Shown piece by piece: positions 19,706 to 29,352 of a stretch of 37,827 bases of DNA. The position numbers and the translations under genes were made by a program. The stretch's first letter is position 1, and each line of letters opens with the position of its first letter. The notes below the pieces were generated by a model. The model was given only the letters and a program-made list of their open reading frames with translations. It ran no database searches and was not told where the DNA came from. Origin of the DNA: a virus; the UHGV virus genome UHGV-0317053. One strand, given 5' to 3'.

Positions 19706-21439
19706 TTAAAGCGAGCGGATCCCGTAGGACTCAATGTGATCAGACAGCGTGTCTTCTTTCTCGTACAGCATGGCTCTGCCAACCGCCATAATCAGCGCAA
19801 CTGCACCATCGATTTTGTTTTCCGCCTGCTCTTTGACGGGCTTCACCACATCATCGTTACCCGGAATGGTTTTGCCGACCACGTTGCCGATACACCAGGT
19901 CATGATGGGATTGCCATCATGATGAAAGCGCCCCGATTCAATTGCCGCTTCCAGCTCTTTCATCGGATCGGACATGTTGGTGTAGTTCTGAATGATAGTG
20001 ATGGGGTTCAGGTCTTCATCAGCAAGGTCATGTGACAGCCCGGTCGCCCCGAAGGGGTCGATGGGTGACTCACTGACCGGGCTGATTTTGTTCGCCGCTT
20101 TGGCCTCCTCGAGGATGTAGCGATAATCCACTTCCGCACCATCGGTAACGGTCAGAACGCCCATTTCCACCCATTTCTGAAAGCGTTCGGCTGTCCGTCG
20201 ATCTTCATTTTTCTCGACGCTGTACACCGTGTCATACGGTACCCAGAAACGCGGGGCCACACTGTAGTAATGCGTTTTACCGTCAATCTCGCGGGTATAA
20301 AGTCGCGCCATGCTGTTCATATCCAGTTTACGCGCCAGGTCAAAGGCCAGAATGCACGGCTGCCCCTCGAACTGCTCAAGGGTCAGTGATTTATCCTCGC
20401 AGCTCTGCCAGCTCACCAGGTTGAAATACGCCGAACGCGCCGACACCCAGATATTGAGGTGTTTTGTTTTAAAGACGTTTGCCAGACGGGCGTTATTTTT
20501 CGCACGCTGCTGCTGACTTAACAAAAATTCGCGATAAACCGACACGCCAATATTTGGATTGGCTTTTTCCAGCACCTGCGGGTCGGTCCAGTCGTCACCT
20601 TCATCAACGGTATAGATGATCCCGAACAGTTCATCGTTAGGCACCGAGCCGTTGAGCATCTCGATGACTTCCCGCCGCTTGTCGTAGCACGGCCCCTCAA
20701 TGTTGTACCCGGCGGTGGTGATGGCCCACATCAGTGGCTGACGTCGCGCCCCCATCCCGGTAAGCATTGTGGTATAAAGCGCATCGGTGGCGTGCTCGTG
20801 ATATTCATCCACCACCGCACAGTGGGGTGATGAACCATCACCAGGGTTACCGATCAGCGGTTCAAACCGCGCACCATCCTCCGGACGGTTCATGTTTGAG
20901 GCGTTAACCTCAATCCCGAACGCTTCCGTCAGCATGGGTGTGCGTTTACACATCAGTCGTGCCGGACGAAAGACTTCCCATGCCTGTTTCTCCGTCGTGG
21001 CACCGGAATACACTTCCGCGCCGAACTCGTTATCACAGGCAAAACAATACAGGGCAACACCGGCAGAGATTGCCGATTTGCCGTTCTTACGGGGGATTTC
21101 GGTATACACCTCCCGGAAGCGGCGCAGCCGGGAGCCTTTATTGACCCAGCCAAACGCGCAGCAGATCACAAAGAGCTGCCACGGCTCCAGCGTGATGGGC
21201 ATCCTCTTAAATGCCCACTCACCCTTGGTGTGCGGCAACAGCTGAATAAATTTCGCGGCCCGTTCAGCCAGGTCCTTGTCGAAGCGGTAACGAAACGACT
21301 TACTTTTTTCCGCCATCAGGTCATCAAGATGGCGCTGGCAGGCCTGAATCACAAACTGGCAGGCCACAATCTTTCCGCGCACGACATCACGGGCATACTG
21401 ATTGGCTGCATTTACGTTGGGGTAAGATTTCCGGCTCAT
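19706..21439 (-). CDS. terminase large subunit
   Basis: 577 aa with ATPase and nuclease regions (Terminase_1-like). Confidence 0.92.
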   Translation of the reverse strand: MSRKSYPNVNAANQYARDVVRGKIVACQFVIQACQRHLDDLMAEKSKSFRYRFDKDLAERAAKFIQLLPHTKGEWAFKRMPITLEPWQLFVICCAFGWVNKGSRLRRFREVYTEIPRKNGKSAISAGVALYCFACDNEFGAEVYSGATTEKQAWEVFRPARLMCKRTPMLTEAFGIEVNASNMNRPEDGARFEPLIGNPGDGSSPHCAVVDEYHEHATDALYTTMLTGMGARRQPLMWAITTAGYNIEGPCYDKRREVIEMLNGSVPNDELFGIIYTVDEGDDWTDPQVLEKANPNIGVSVYREFLLSQQQRAKNNARLANVFKTKHLNIWVSARSAYFNLVSWQSCEDKSLTLEQFEGQPCILAFDLARKLDMNSMARLYTREIDGKTHYYSVAPRFWVPYDTVYSVEKNEDRRTAERFQKWVEMGVLTVTDGAEVDYRYILEEAKAANKISPVSESPIDPFGATGLSHDLADEDLNPITIIQNYTNMSDPMKELEAAIESGRFHHDGNPIMTWCIGNVVGKTIPGNDDVVKPVKEQAENKIDGAVALIMAVGRAMLYEKEDTLSDHIESYGIRSL

Positions 21440-21930
21440 GATTCGATAATTTTCAGAAACGGGTTAGTGGCTTTCTTCTGCCCCGCCAGGCCAATCAGAC
21501 GCTGGCGGCTGCTGGGGTCGAGTCCGAGCATTGCCCCCGTGCTGCTCATCTCGGACTCCTGTTCTTTCTTGGCGGTCAGCTCCGGATTTTTGACCATACC
21601 GCCCATTGCACCGGTGATGGTGTTGCCCTGGCTGGCAATATTTTTCACGGCACGTCGCCAGAACTCATAGGCTACGCACCACCGCTCAAGCACCGCGAGG
21701 TCAGTCACGCACAGCAGGCCCTGACCGCAGAGTTCTTTGGTTGTCAGTTGCCACATGATCGTGGCGAGAGGGAGATTTTCTTCTGCGAACCACTCCGGTG
21801 GCTCAACGCCTTTGATGGGCGTAAAAACAGGTTCATCTTTGTTCAGGGCTCGCTTGCCGGGGTTTCCGGCTAGCGCCTTGCGCGCCGTTGGCTTGGGGCG
21901 ACGCCCGGAACGCCCCGCCGTTCCAGCCAT
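21436..21930 (-). CDS. terminase small subunit (P27 family-like)
   Basis: N-terminus [14 protein letters not shown]; ATG 21930 with AGGAG SD; overlaps terL start. Confidence 0.8.
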   Translation of the reverse strand: MAGTAGRSGRRPKPTARKALAGNPGKRALNKDEPVFTPIKGVEPPEWFAEENLPLATIMWQLTTKELCGQGLLCVTDLAVLERWCVAYEFWRRAVKNIASQGNTITGAMGGMVKNPELTAKKEQESEMSSTGAMLGLDPSSRQRLIGLAGQKKATNPFLKIIES

Positions 21931-22055
21931 ATGCGGCACTCCTGGTTAAATTTCATTTTTCGCGGGTATAAAAAAACGATGGGGCGGGCAGTCCGGAAGA
22001 CGTCAGGTCACAGAGATTTGACCCGCCCCTCCCCTCAGACAGTTGAGAATTATTA

Positions 22056-22406
22056 TCACTTTAACCGTTCACGGGCCGTCTTCGCCTTATGACACGGCCA
22101 GCACAGGCTCTGCAGATTACTGTCGGCATCAGTGCCACCATGCGCTTTAGGGATGATATGGTCAACGGTTTTCGCCTCACGCACCACACCAGCACGCAGA
22201 CATAACTGACACAGGCCTTTGTCACGCTTCAGGACACGCGCGCGGATACTGTCCCACTTCGAACCGTAGCCGCGCTGATGACGGGACTGGCCTGGCTTGT
22301 ATTGCTTCCAGCCTTCGCTTTTGTGGCTTTCGCAATAGCCTGACGGGTCAGTCGTGGTATGGTGGCAGCCGCGAACACGGCAGGCTCTAGGTATCAGTGC
22401 TGGCAT
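22056..22406 (-). CDS. HNH endonuclease (packaging-associated)
   Basis: 116 aa with Cys clusters and DHIIP...GG...N...CH motif; adjacent to terS as in HK97-like phages. Confidence 0.85.
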   Translation of the reverse strand: MPALIPRACRVRGCHHTTTDPSGYCESHKSEGWKQYKPGQSRHQRGYGSKWDSIRARVLKRDKGLCQLCLRAGVVREAKTVDHIIPKAHGGTDADSNLQSLCWPCHKAKTARERLK

Positions 22407-22533
22407 AAAATACTCTCTTTAATCTGATAGACATATTTGACAAAAGAGATTCATTTTTCTCTTTCACTCTTTCCTTTATGAGAAAAATCTGATAACAAGG
22501 TTCTAATAAAAGTAACTAAACACAGGTTATAAC

Positions 22534-22908
22534 ATGAGTGAAAAGAAAACCGTTGCTTATCGCATTGAGGGATGCGAAAACACCAAAATGATTGGAAACA
22601 AATCATTTGGTGCTGATGTTGGTTATGAAATTATTGATTCAGCTAATACTTTTCTTTCCAACAATATTCATTACTCAGCAGAAACAGTTCGGCTTATAAA
22701 AGAAGCAGAAATCGCCATACAAAATAACTTAAGTGAAATTAACGATAAGCTGGGTGCAGAGAAGCTACAAGAAATATACGACATTTTAAATGATATCAAG
22801 TTTAATCAGTCATCAACACCTCTACAACTGATGGAGCGATTTTACTCAGCTGGTGCAAACACATTAACTTTATGGCCTATTATTCAGAGTCTCCTAAATA
22901 GTCTTTAA
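22534..22908 (+). CDS. hypothetical protein, opposite-strand moron
   Basis: 124-aa ORF in conspicuously AT-rich DNA, opposite to all neighbours; TTGACA hexamer at 22437..22442; no family recognised. Confidence 0.55.
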   Translation: MSEKKTVAYRIEGCENTKMIGNKSFGADVGYEIIDSANTFLSNNIHYSAETVRLIKEAEIAIQNNLSEINDKLGAEKLQEIYDILNDIKFNQSSTPLQLMERFYSAGANTLTLWPIIQSLLNSL

Positions 22909-22986
22909 TATTACAAATCCACTTTGGTTTGAGCATAAATTATAAAGATGTCTAGTAATAGGCATCTTCAATTTAAATTAAAATCT

Positions 22987-23235
22987 TCATCTAGCATTGT
23001 TTATACTGCGGATAGCCTTTTTATCTCTATTGCACTGCCCTAATGCAGACAACAGACTCACATTCAGCTCCAGACTGGCACCATATGTCAGTGGACTAGG
23101 TATAATTGGAATCGGTGTTTCAGAAGTTAGGGTGGTTGACAGTGGTGCTACTGGGGTGCTCACGTAAACTGTCCGCGTACTTCCGCAACCGGTCAGTAGC
23201 GGCAGCAGGCACAGGACGTGAAGCGCAATCATCAT
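22987..23235 (-). CDS. o-spanin (Rz1-like outer-membrane lipoprotein)
   Basis: Alternate frame overlapping Rz 3' end; signal peptide MMIALHVLCLLPLLTGC with lipobox, Pro-rich mature region. Confidence 0.6.
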   Translation of the reverse strand: MMIALHVLCLLPLLTGCGSTRTVYVSTPVAPLSTTLTSETPIPIIPSPLTYGASLELNVSLLSALGQCNRDKKAIRSINNAR

Positions 23236-23512
23236 TCGCAACAGCCACTTTGATATCTTCCTGGGTTCTCTGTGACTCCAGTGCGATCTGCTGTTTTGCA
23301 TGCTGGTTAGCCTCCAGTACTGTATTGACGATTTGCAGTGATTGCAGGACGTTATTGGTAATGGCAGTTGCCGATTTGGCATTTTGTACAGCCTCATCAG
23401 CACGTTTCTTTTCGTGCTGATATTTGCTGTAGTAGTGATTCGCTGACCAGATGAAAGAGCCAATAACAGTAAAGAAGAAAGCAGAGATAGTCAGCTTATA
23501 ACTCAACTTCAT
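23120..23512 (-). CDS. i-spanin (Rz-like)
   Basis: 130 aa, N-terminal TM helix then coiled-coil periplasmic region; follows endolysin. Confidence 0.7.
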   Translation of the reverse strand: MKLSYKLTISAFFFTVIGSFIWSANHYYSKYQHEKKRADEAVQNAKSATAITNNVLQSLQIVNTVLEANQHAKQQIALESQRTQEDIKVAVANDDCASRPVPAAATDRLRKYADSLREHPSSTTVNHPNF

Positions 23513-23972
23513 TTACCACCCCACCAGCCTCTTTAAATCGGGCAATCAGGTCACCGATTTTATGTTCATACTGACCGTAACCTGCACCGGGTAATGAAGC
23601 CCATATATTGCTGCAACGGTCGATTGCCTGACGAATATCGCCGCTATCAATCATAGGTAAAGCGCCACGCTCTTTAATCTGCTGCAATGCCACTGCGTCC
23701 TGGCTTTTGGGGGAGAAGTCTTTCAAACCAAGCTGTTTACGGTAAGCATCCCACCAACGGGAAAGAAGCTGGTAACGTCCGGCGGCTGTTGATTTGAGTT
23801 TGGAGTTTAGCTTGACAAGTTTGCGAGGGTGATCGGAGTAATCAGTGAACAGTTCGCCACCAACAATAACATCATAACCGTGGTTACGTGTCGGTTGTCG
23901 CCCGTTATCCGTTCCTTCTGACCATGCCACCATATCAAGGAAAGCTTTACGCTGGGGATTTAGTGCCTGCAT
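23496..23972 (-). CDS. R: endolysin, lambda R-type lytic transglycosylase
   Basis: 158 aa; near-identical over long stretches to remembered lambda R sequence (NQRKAFLDM.AWSEGTDNGRQ.TRNHGYDVIVGGELFTDYSDHPRKLV...). Confidence 0.88.
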   Translation of the reverse strand: MQALNPQRKAFLDMVAWSEGTDNGRQPTRNHGYDVIVGGELFTDYSDHPRKLVKLNSKLKSTAAGRYQLLSRWWDAYRKQLGLKDFSPKSQDAVALQQIKERGALPMIDSGDIRQAIDRCSNIWASLPGAGYGQYEHKIGDLIARFKEAGGVVNEVEL

Positions 23973-23975
23973 AAA

Positions 23976-24311
23976 TTACTCCTTAGAACTACCAAATTTG
24001 TTACCGATTACTCGCATTGCAGCCCCACGAATAGCATCGACACCGATCAGCCCAACGCCGCCACCAATGGCAACAGAAAGCGATTTAGGCCATCCGACAT
24101 ACTCAAGAGCGGATGCAAAGGTCAGCGTCAGAGCACCACAGAGCAAGATCTCGAGCGTTTTTCGCTTCCAGCCACCACCACTGCCAAAATAGGCAATGCG
24201 CAAGCCAGCCATAACGATCGACATAATCACTGCGCCCAGTGGCGTATCTCCACGCCACCAGCTCTGAAACAACTCCAGCCAGTCTGGCCAGGTATTTGGG
24301 TTATGAGGCAT
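23976..24311 (-). CDS. holin
   Basis: small membrane protein with hydrophobic helices directly upstream of endolysin; ATG 24311 chosen because ORF-track GTG start 24383 lies inside a terminator hairpin. Confidence 0.65.
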   Translation of the reverse strand: MPHNPNTWPDWLELFQSWWRGDTPLGAVIMSIVMAGLRIAYFGSGGGWKRKTLEILLCGALTLTFASALEYVGWPKSLSVAIGGGVGLIGVDAIRGAAMRVIGNKFGSSKE

Positions 24312-24355
24312 TTCGTCATCTCTCACCTCGCGATTATTTGCGGGTGCTGTGTTGG

Positions 24356-24381
24356 AAATAAAAAGGCCACGCAACGTGGCC
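24356..24381 (-). terminator. intrinsic terminator between methyltransferase and holin genes
   Basis: 7-bp perfect GC stem ggccacg/cgtggcc, 3-nt loop, followed on minus strand by TTTTTATTT. Confidence 0.5.
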
Positions 24382-24388
24382 ACCAGAA

Positions 24389-25441
24389 TTATTTCCCCAC
24401 CAGTTCACTTACCTCTTTCACCGTCTGATTAAACCGCTCTGACTCAAGTTCAACACCTAACGCCCGACGTCCCAGCGCCATTGCTGCTTTTATTGTGGAA
24501 CCGGATCCCATAAAAAAATCAGCAACCAGATCACCTGGTCGACTACTGGCATTGATTATTTGCCGGAGCATATCCGCAGGCTTCTCACACGGATGTTTAC
24601 CCGGGTAGAACTGAACGGGTTTATGCGTCCAGACGTCGGTATAAGGCACGGAAACTGATACGGAGAAATAGCGCCGGAGAGTTTTAAACTCATCCAGCAA
24701 TTCAGAATATTTGCGATTCAGTGAATCATAAGATGCCACCAGCTGGTGGTGTGGTTGTTCCAGTTGTTGTTCCTGAAACTTCTCTGCCGCTATACGGGAA
24801 AACAGTGCCTGTAACTTCCGATAGTCAGCCTCATTCGGCAACTGCCACTGACTGGCACCAAACCAGTGGGAAACCATATTTTTCTTACCTGTGGCTTCGG
24901 CAATTTGTTTTGCCGTTATACCCAGTTCGGCACGAGCATCCCTGAAATACGATATCAGCGGTGCCATTATGTGCTGTTTGAGTTCCCTTTCTTTTGCCGC
25001 ATAGCCGTCACTTTTGCCGCGATATGGCCCCTGGTAATGTTCAGCAAACAGAACGCGCTCTGTGGCAGGAAAATATGCGCGCAGACTTTCTTTATTACAC
25101 CCATTCCAACGTCCGGACGGCTTCGCCCAGATGATATGGTTAAGCACGTTGAAACGTTCACGCATCATGATCTCAATATCAGATGCCAGGCGATGCCCAC
25201 AGAACAGGTAAAGGCTTCCGGCAGGTTTCAACACCCGCCAGAACTGGGCCAGACAGTGGTCCAGCCACTTAAGGTAATCTTCGTCCCCTTTCCACTGATT
25301 GTCCCAACCGTTGGGTTTCACCTTGAAGTAAGGCGGATCGGTAACAATCAGGTCAATGGAATCATCAGGCAGGGACTGAATAAAATGCAGGCAATCAGCG
25401 TTGATTAAATCAACACTGTTTATTTTTACAGTATTTTTCAT
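24389..25441 (-). CDS. DNA methyltransferase, beta-class amino-MTase (N6-adenine or N4-cytosine; YhdJ-like)
   Basis: 350 aa; motif IV DPPY near N-terminus (LIVTDPPY) and motif I FxGxG near C-terminus (DFFMGSGST). Confidence 0.85.
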   Translation of the reverse strand: MKNTVKINSVDLINADCLHFIQSLPDDSIDLIVTDPPYFKVKPNGWDNQWKGDEDYLKWLDHCLAQFWRVLKPAGSLYLFCGHRLASDIEIMMRERFNVLNHIIWAKPSGRWNGCNKESLRAYFPATERVLFAEHYQGPYRGKSDGYAAKERELKQHIMAPLISYFRDARAELGITAKQIAEATGKKNMVSHWFGASQWQLPNEADYRKLQALFSRIAAEKFQEQQLEQPHHQLVASYDSLNRKYSELLDEFKTLRRYFSVSVSVPYTDVWTHKPVQFYPGKHPCEKPADMLRQIINASSRPGDLVADFFMGSGSTIKAAMALGRRALGVELESERFNQTVKEVSELVGK

Positions 25442-25591
25442 GGATCAGTAAGCGTAACTCTGGTAGGCTCACTCTGCTTTTGCGCTAAAGCAGTGGGCCG
25501 TGGTTCGCTTGTGACCAGTAGGCATGAGCGAATGGCTGGCAGGTGCTACCAACACCCACCAGCCGCCCATTTTCACAGCAGGAAACCGCCA

Positions 25592-25819
25592 TTACTGGCA
25601 GCGTCTGAATTTATTCCCGTACCCGCCGTTATCCTTCGCCAGACCCGCCAGAACTAACTGAGTCAGTATTAACTGGCACCGGGCTTCGCTTACTCCGGTA
25701 GTTCTCGTCATCATGCGTGGCGTTACCCACTTGTCAGCAGGTAAGAAATGAAGGACTGCGGCGGCGGTTTCTGTCATATCTTGCTGTTTTAGCATGTCTT
25801 TTTCCCTTCTGGTTAACAT
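25592..25819 (-). CDS. small hypothetical protein, possible winged-helix regulator
   Basis: 75 aa, first ORF downstream of tR'; function unknown. Confidence 0.4.
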   Translation of the reverse strand: MLTRREKDMLKQQDMTETAAAVLHFLPADKWVTPRMMTRTTGVSEARCQLILTQLVLAGLAKDNGGYGNKFRRCQ

Positions 25820-25915
25820 GACATACCAATAACTCTTGTCTAAAAATCCAGCAAGATAAAAAGTCAGTATTCACGACCACCAGCGTGTTTACTGTACTGC
25901 ACCAAGTTTACAGGT

Positions 25916-25941
25916 ACAAAAAACCCGCTCAGTGGCGGGTT
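25916..25941 (-). terminator. tR'-like intrinsic terminator downstream of the Q gene
   Basis: stem cccgc/gcggg with 6-nt loop, followed on minus strand by T6; about 50-60 nt downstream of a promoter-like element. Confidence 0.6.
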
Positions 25942-25987
25942 CCTAAATCTTATCAACGGTAGACATACAAAGCCCATCGTTGGGAAA

Positions 25988-26016
25988 ATCTTATCCATAT
26001 TTTTTGAAAAATGCAA
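25988..26016 (-). promoter_or_regulatory. candidate late promoter pR' (possible qut region)
   Basis: minus-strand -35 TTGCAT, 17-bp spacer, -10 TAAGAT, located 30 bp after Q stop and upstream of tR'. Confidence 0.35.
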
Positions 26017-26047
26017 GCATCATGTCGCCATTTTCGGCGAAGATCAC

Positions 26048-26800
26048 TTATCTTGTCACCTTTCTCAATTGTGCTTCAGCGTAAGATTCCTCCTGCCAGC
26101 ACTTTGTAACCAGTTTATCAATGACATCTGCATATCCTTTGTACCACTGATAATCCGTCAGGTCTGGTACCAGTTTCTGGACATGATGCCGCGCCAGTGT
26201 GGTTGGTAAACGACTAAACCGTTTTCCATTGCAACGCCCACAAATCTTATAAACAGGCGTACCATGAAGCCGGGTTCTTTTTTCATCCAGGACAATACCT
26301 TTACCCTTACACCCTCTGCACGCTGTGCTGACTTCTCCCTTACCATGACAATGCTGACATAGTTCCTTCACCCACTCTTCCTTGATAACAGACTCCCCGC
26401 TTCTGGAGTGTTTCACCACTTCGCGCAATACATTATGAAATCCAGTACCAGCACAATGCTCACAGCGAGCCTTACTTTCCGCAGACCTGGAATAATCAGC
26501 AAAGGCAAAATTCACAAGGTAAGGGATGATCTGTAACCGAGTTTCTTCACTCAATTTGTTCAATGTCGGGTTATCCAGTGCCATCGCGTAATTGAGCAGA
26601 CCTTCAATCGCAAATTGAGGATCCTGAACACCAACTTTTGCCAGGAATAAGGCAAACCCAAGCGGTGCTTTCGACTGCACCATCCCCTGCGCAGCCATCA
26701 CATCCGTAATCGTTAAACCACCTGAGCCTGTCGCCGGTGCGTCATCGCTCAATTTTGGAGATTTCGGGGAGTAATATTTTGGTAAGGCTTCAAGGTTCAT
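26048..26800 (-). CDS. putative late antiterminator (Q-like) with four CxxCxGxG zinc-finger motifs
   Basis: position immediately upstream of pR'/tR' and lysis genes; motifs CEHCAGTG, CQHCHGKG, CRGCKGKG, CGRCNGKR; ATG 26800 with GGAGA SD. Confidence 0.5.
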   Translation of the reverse strand: MNLEALPKYYSPKSPKLSDDAPATGSGGLTITDVMAAQGMVQSKAPLGFALFLAKVGVQDPQFAIEGLLNYAMALDNPTLNKLSEETRLQIIPYLVNFAFADYSRSAESKARCEHCAGTGFHNVLREVVKHSRSGESVIKEEWVKELCQHCHGKGEVSTACRGCKGKGIVLDEKRTRLHGTPVYKICGRCNGKRFSRLPTTLARHHVQKLVPDLTDYQWYKGYADVIDKLVTKCWQEESYAEAQLRKVTR

Positions 26801-26813
26801 GCTCGTTCTCCAC

Positions 26814-27809
26814 TTACGCCAATACGCCAATTGCCAGCGCACGATCGATAAAACGAAATATCAGCTCCAGCTGAGAGCCATACTTCTCTTCAAATGCCAC
26901 GGTATCCGCATGCAGCTCGTCGTGATGCTTTCTGCACAAAGGCAACACAAAGAGGTCATGCGCTTTTGTACCCATTCCACCCTGACCGTGGCCTATCAGG
27001 TGGTGGGGATCATCAGCAGGCTTTCCACAACATGCACACGGCTGTGTCTTAACCCAGCGCGTGTACTTTTCATTAACCCAGCGGCGGCGTTTTGGGCGTA
27101 ACATAAAAGACTCCGGCGACTCCGGATCCACTTTCAGCGCCAGCACCTTTTTCGCCTTATCCTGGATGATGCTGGTGGCAGGAACCGAAGGCACAAGGTC
27201 ACTTTCCCGGGTGACAGACGGCACAACAGGCTTCGGTAATCTCAGTGCCTTACGGGCTGCGCTTTCCGGTAAGGCATCCGCCAGGTCATTACGAATCAGC
27301 CACCAGCACAGTTCCGGCATTGTCACAACGTGACTGTCATCAAAACCGAGATCCCGACGCACAACAGACAACACCCAGCGGGCACAGTTATCCGTTGCCA
27401 TTGATTCCAGCCGTTCCGTGAACTGATCGCGCAGCTGGTTATCGCAGTGCCAGCACAGACGGATTGCACCCGGAGCGTGTCGCATTGTGGTCATGTTCTC
27501 GCTGTGCCAGTCGGAATGAGGCCACTGGCAACCTTTTTCACGAAGTAACCAGCGTTCAAGACATTCCACTCCACCAGCACGACGAATCACTGCCTCATTG
27601 CGGAACACGGCCCGAACGGCAGGATCATCCGCCAGCGGTTGTGATGCCGCCGGAACGGCACCACTGGCGAAAGATGAATAACGTTCCGGCTCAGGCTCCA
27701 GCAGGACACGCCCCTGCATAAACAGGGGCATCAGTTCTGAACCTGGCCTGAACAATACGATCCCCATACGCGGGGCAATTTCAGGGGTCAGTAGTGCTCT
27801 CACGGTCAC
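26814..27809 (-). CDS. prophage protein, DUF968-like with C-terminal Cys/His (HNH-like) motif
   Basis: 331 aa; C-terminus CACCGKP...HHLIGHGQGG...CRKHHDELH; nin-region position. Confidence 0.5.
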   Translation of the reverse strand: MTVRALLTPEIAPRMGIVLFRPGSELMPLFMQGRVLLEPEPERYSSFASGAVPAASQPLADDPAVRAVFRNEAVIRRAGGVECLERWLLREKGCQWPHSDWHSENMTTMRHAPGAIRLCWHCDNQLRDQFTERLESMATDNCARWVLSVVRRDLGFDDSHVVTMPELCWWLIRNDLADALPESAARKALRLPKPVVPSVTRESDLVPSVPATSIIQDKAKKVLALKVDPESPESFMLRPKRRRWVNEKYTRWVKTQPCACCGKPADDPHHLIGHGQGGMGTKAHDLFVLPLCRKHHDELHADTVAFEEKYGSQLELIFRFIDRALAIGVLA

Positions 27810-27810
27810 C

Positions 27811-28620
27811 TCAATGAACGGTATCGAGCAGCTTTAACAGCTCAGGGAATCGGGATTCGAAGAAATGCGGCTGCGTCTCGCGCGGATTTGCGGGACTGGT
27901 GATGTTCTTGCCGAACATGCAGCCTTTCGCCGTCAGCGACCAGAATTTTTTGATGTTGTTAATCGCGGTACGGCTGTATCGTTCGCGTTGTTCAACGATC
28001 CCCAGCTTCGCCATCTGGTGATATGCCTGATTAGCTGTCAGGCGGATACCATACTGCTTCAGCAGTGCACTCAATGATAGCGTGGGGCGGCTTGAGCCAT
28101 CAGGCGCGTCAGCAGGAGCATCAATGGCATAGCGCGGTGCCAGATTCGGTAAGCCAACAGCCCCCTGGAGTTTCTGACAGGCACCAAGCACTGAAGAGTT
28201 AGACAGGTTTAACTCCCGGCGCATAAAGTCCAGCAGGATCACGCCAGCCTGCATCTTGTCAGCAGCCTGTCCGGATAATTTTTCCGGTGCGCTGGTTACC
28301 ATATCGAAAGTACGGATCACCTTCAGATGGAATGACGGGCTGATCCACATTGCATAGGCATACACCAGTTCCTTGCAGACATACGTTCCCCGTTCATTTC
28401 CCCCATGAATCACACTCACCGGGTCAACACCCAAATTCTGGGTGTTGGTCAATTCATGAACAAGCTCAACAGTTTGTTGGCTGGAAAGAAACTTTCCCGG
28501 CTCCTTGGTTCTGGCATTTGCACCAGATGCTACTGCTGCGCGATGCAGATCGTTCAGGCTGTAACGCCCATAAGCATCACGACGAACTTCAATACCATCA
28601 ATGACCATCAGATTATTCAT
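27811..28620 (-). CDS. KilA-N domain protein (antirepressor-like)
   Basis: N-terminal pattern ...YSLNDLHRAA...GTYVCKELVYAYAMWISP.F typical of KilA-N. Confidence 0.7.
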   Translation of the reverse strand: MNNLMVIDGIEVRRDAYGRYSLNDLHRAAVASGANARTKEPGKFLSSQQTVELVHELTNTQNLGVDPVSVIHGGNERGTYVCKELVYAYAMWISPSFHLKVIRTFDMVTSAPEKLSGQAADKMQAGVILLDFMRRELNLSNSSVLGACQKLQGAVGLPNLAPRYAIDAPADAPDGSSRPTLSLSALLKQYGIRLTANQAYHQMAKLGIVEQRERYSRTAINNIKKFWSLTAKGCMFGKNITSPANPRETQPHFFESRFPELLKLLDTVH

Positions 28621-28639
28621 ACTTCGTTTCTCCTCTTAA

Positions 28640-29029
28640 TCAGGCGGCTGCACCCGCCGTTTTCTCGTACTTACTGATAGTGATCTCGACCTTCCCTTCC
28701 GGGATAACGGGTCCCCACTCCACCAGCATTCTTTTCACCTGACTGTCGTCTTCCCACACACCCGCGTGGGTCAGGGCGTCAAACAGCGCCTTGTTATAGT
28801 TGTCCAGATCGCGGATCCGGTTATCCGGAGGAAACAACACGATCTCCACTGAAGCAGGTGCCGACGTTGGTTTCGGCAGACGACGTAACTGCTCAACTAT
28901 TGCTGCGCACGCCGCGCTCTGGAATTTTCGCCCCGCCTCGCTTATCAGGCTCTTACCAGCAAACGCTCCTTTGTTGGGGTGTCGCCAGTACGTGTTCACG
29001 CTGGGCGGAAAAGGCAGGATCAGCTTCAT
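28640..29029 (-). CDS. rusA: Holliday junction resolvase RusA
   Basis: 129 aa; matches RusA pattern (PPSVNTYWRH..., DLDNYNKALFDALTHAGVWEDDSQV). Confidence 0.85.
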   Translation of the reverse strand: MKLILPFPPSVNTYWRHPNKGAFAGKSLISEAGRKFQSAACAAIVEQLRRLPKPTSAPASVEIVLFPPDNRIRDLDNYNKALFDALTHAGVWEDDSQVKRMLVEWGPVIPEGKVEITISKYEKTAGAAA

Positions 29030-29352
29030 ACTTTCAGGTCCCTCTCATGTAACCAGTGGGTTGCACGCAGCCTTGCGTTTTCCTCACCGGCAAGCAGTGC
29101 GCGGATAATCCCGACCGCCTCGCTGTCGTCGTCCTTCACCGCGGTATGAAGCGTTATCCCCCGGGCCATGCCACGCTTTATCGTGATGACGCCTTTTTTC
29201 TCCAGTGCGCGAAGATGCTCCACCGCTGCATTCACCGAACGGTATCCCAGCATGGTTGCCACCTCCTGATTGGTTGGCGGGAAGCCACGTTCTTTCTGAT
29301 AAGAAATCAGCATATCCAGCACCTGCTGCTGGCATTGAGTTAACGTCGTCAT
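29026..29352 (-). CDS. LexA N-terminal DNA-binding domain-only protein
   Basis: 108 aa; QQQVLDMLISYQKERGFPPTNQEVATMLGYRSVNAAVEHLRALEKKGVI closely resembles LexA winged-helix domain; no S24 peptidase domain. Confidence 0.65.
   Translation of the reverse strand: MTTLTQCQQQVLDMLISYQKERGFPPTNQEVATMLGYRSVNAAVEHLRALEKKGVITIKRGMARGITLHTAVKDDDSEAVGIIRALLAGEENARLRATHWLHERDLKV

Noticed and set aside
22935-22968. Hairpin (aagatg/catctt) between the moron and Rz1 as a bidirectional terminator
   Set aside because: Only a 6-bp AT-rich stem with a 12-nt loop and no clean U-tract on either strand; too weak to call
24312-24383. Longer holin starting at GTG 24383
   Set aside because: The first codons lie inside the 24356..24381 terminator hairpin; ATG 24311 is more plausible, although dual-start holins exist so this is not certain
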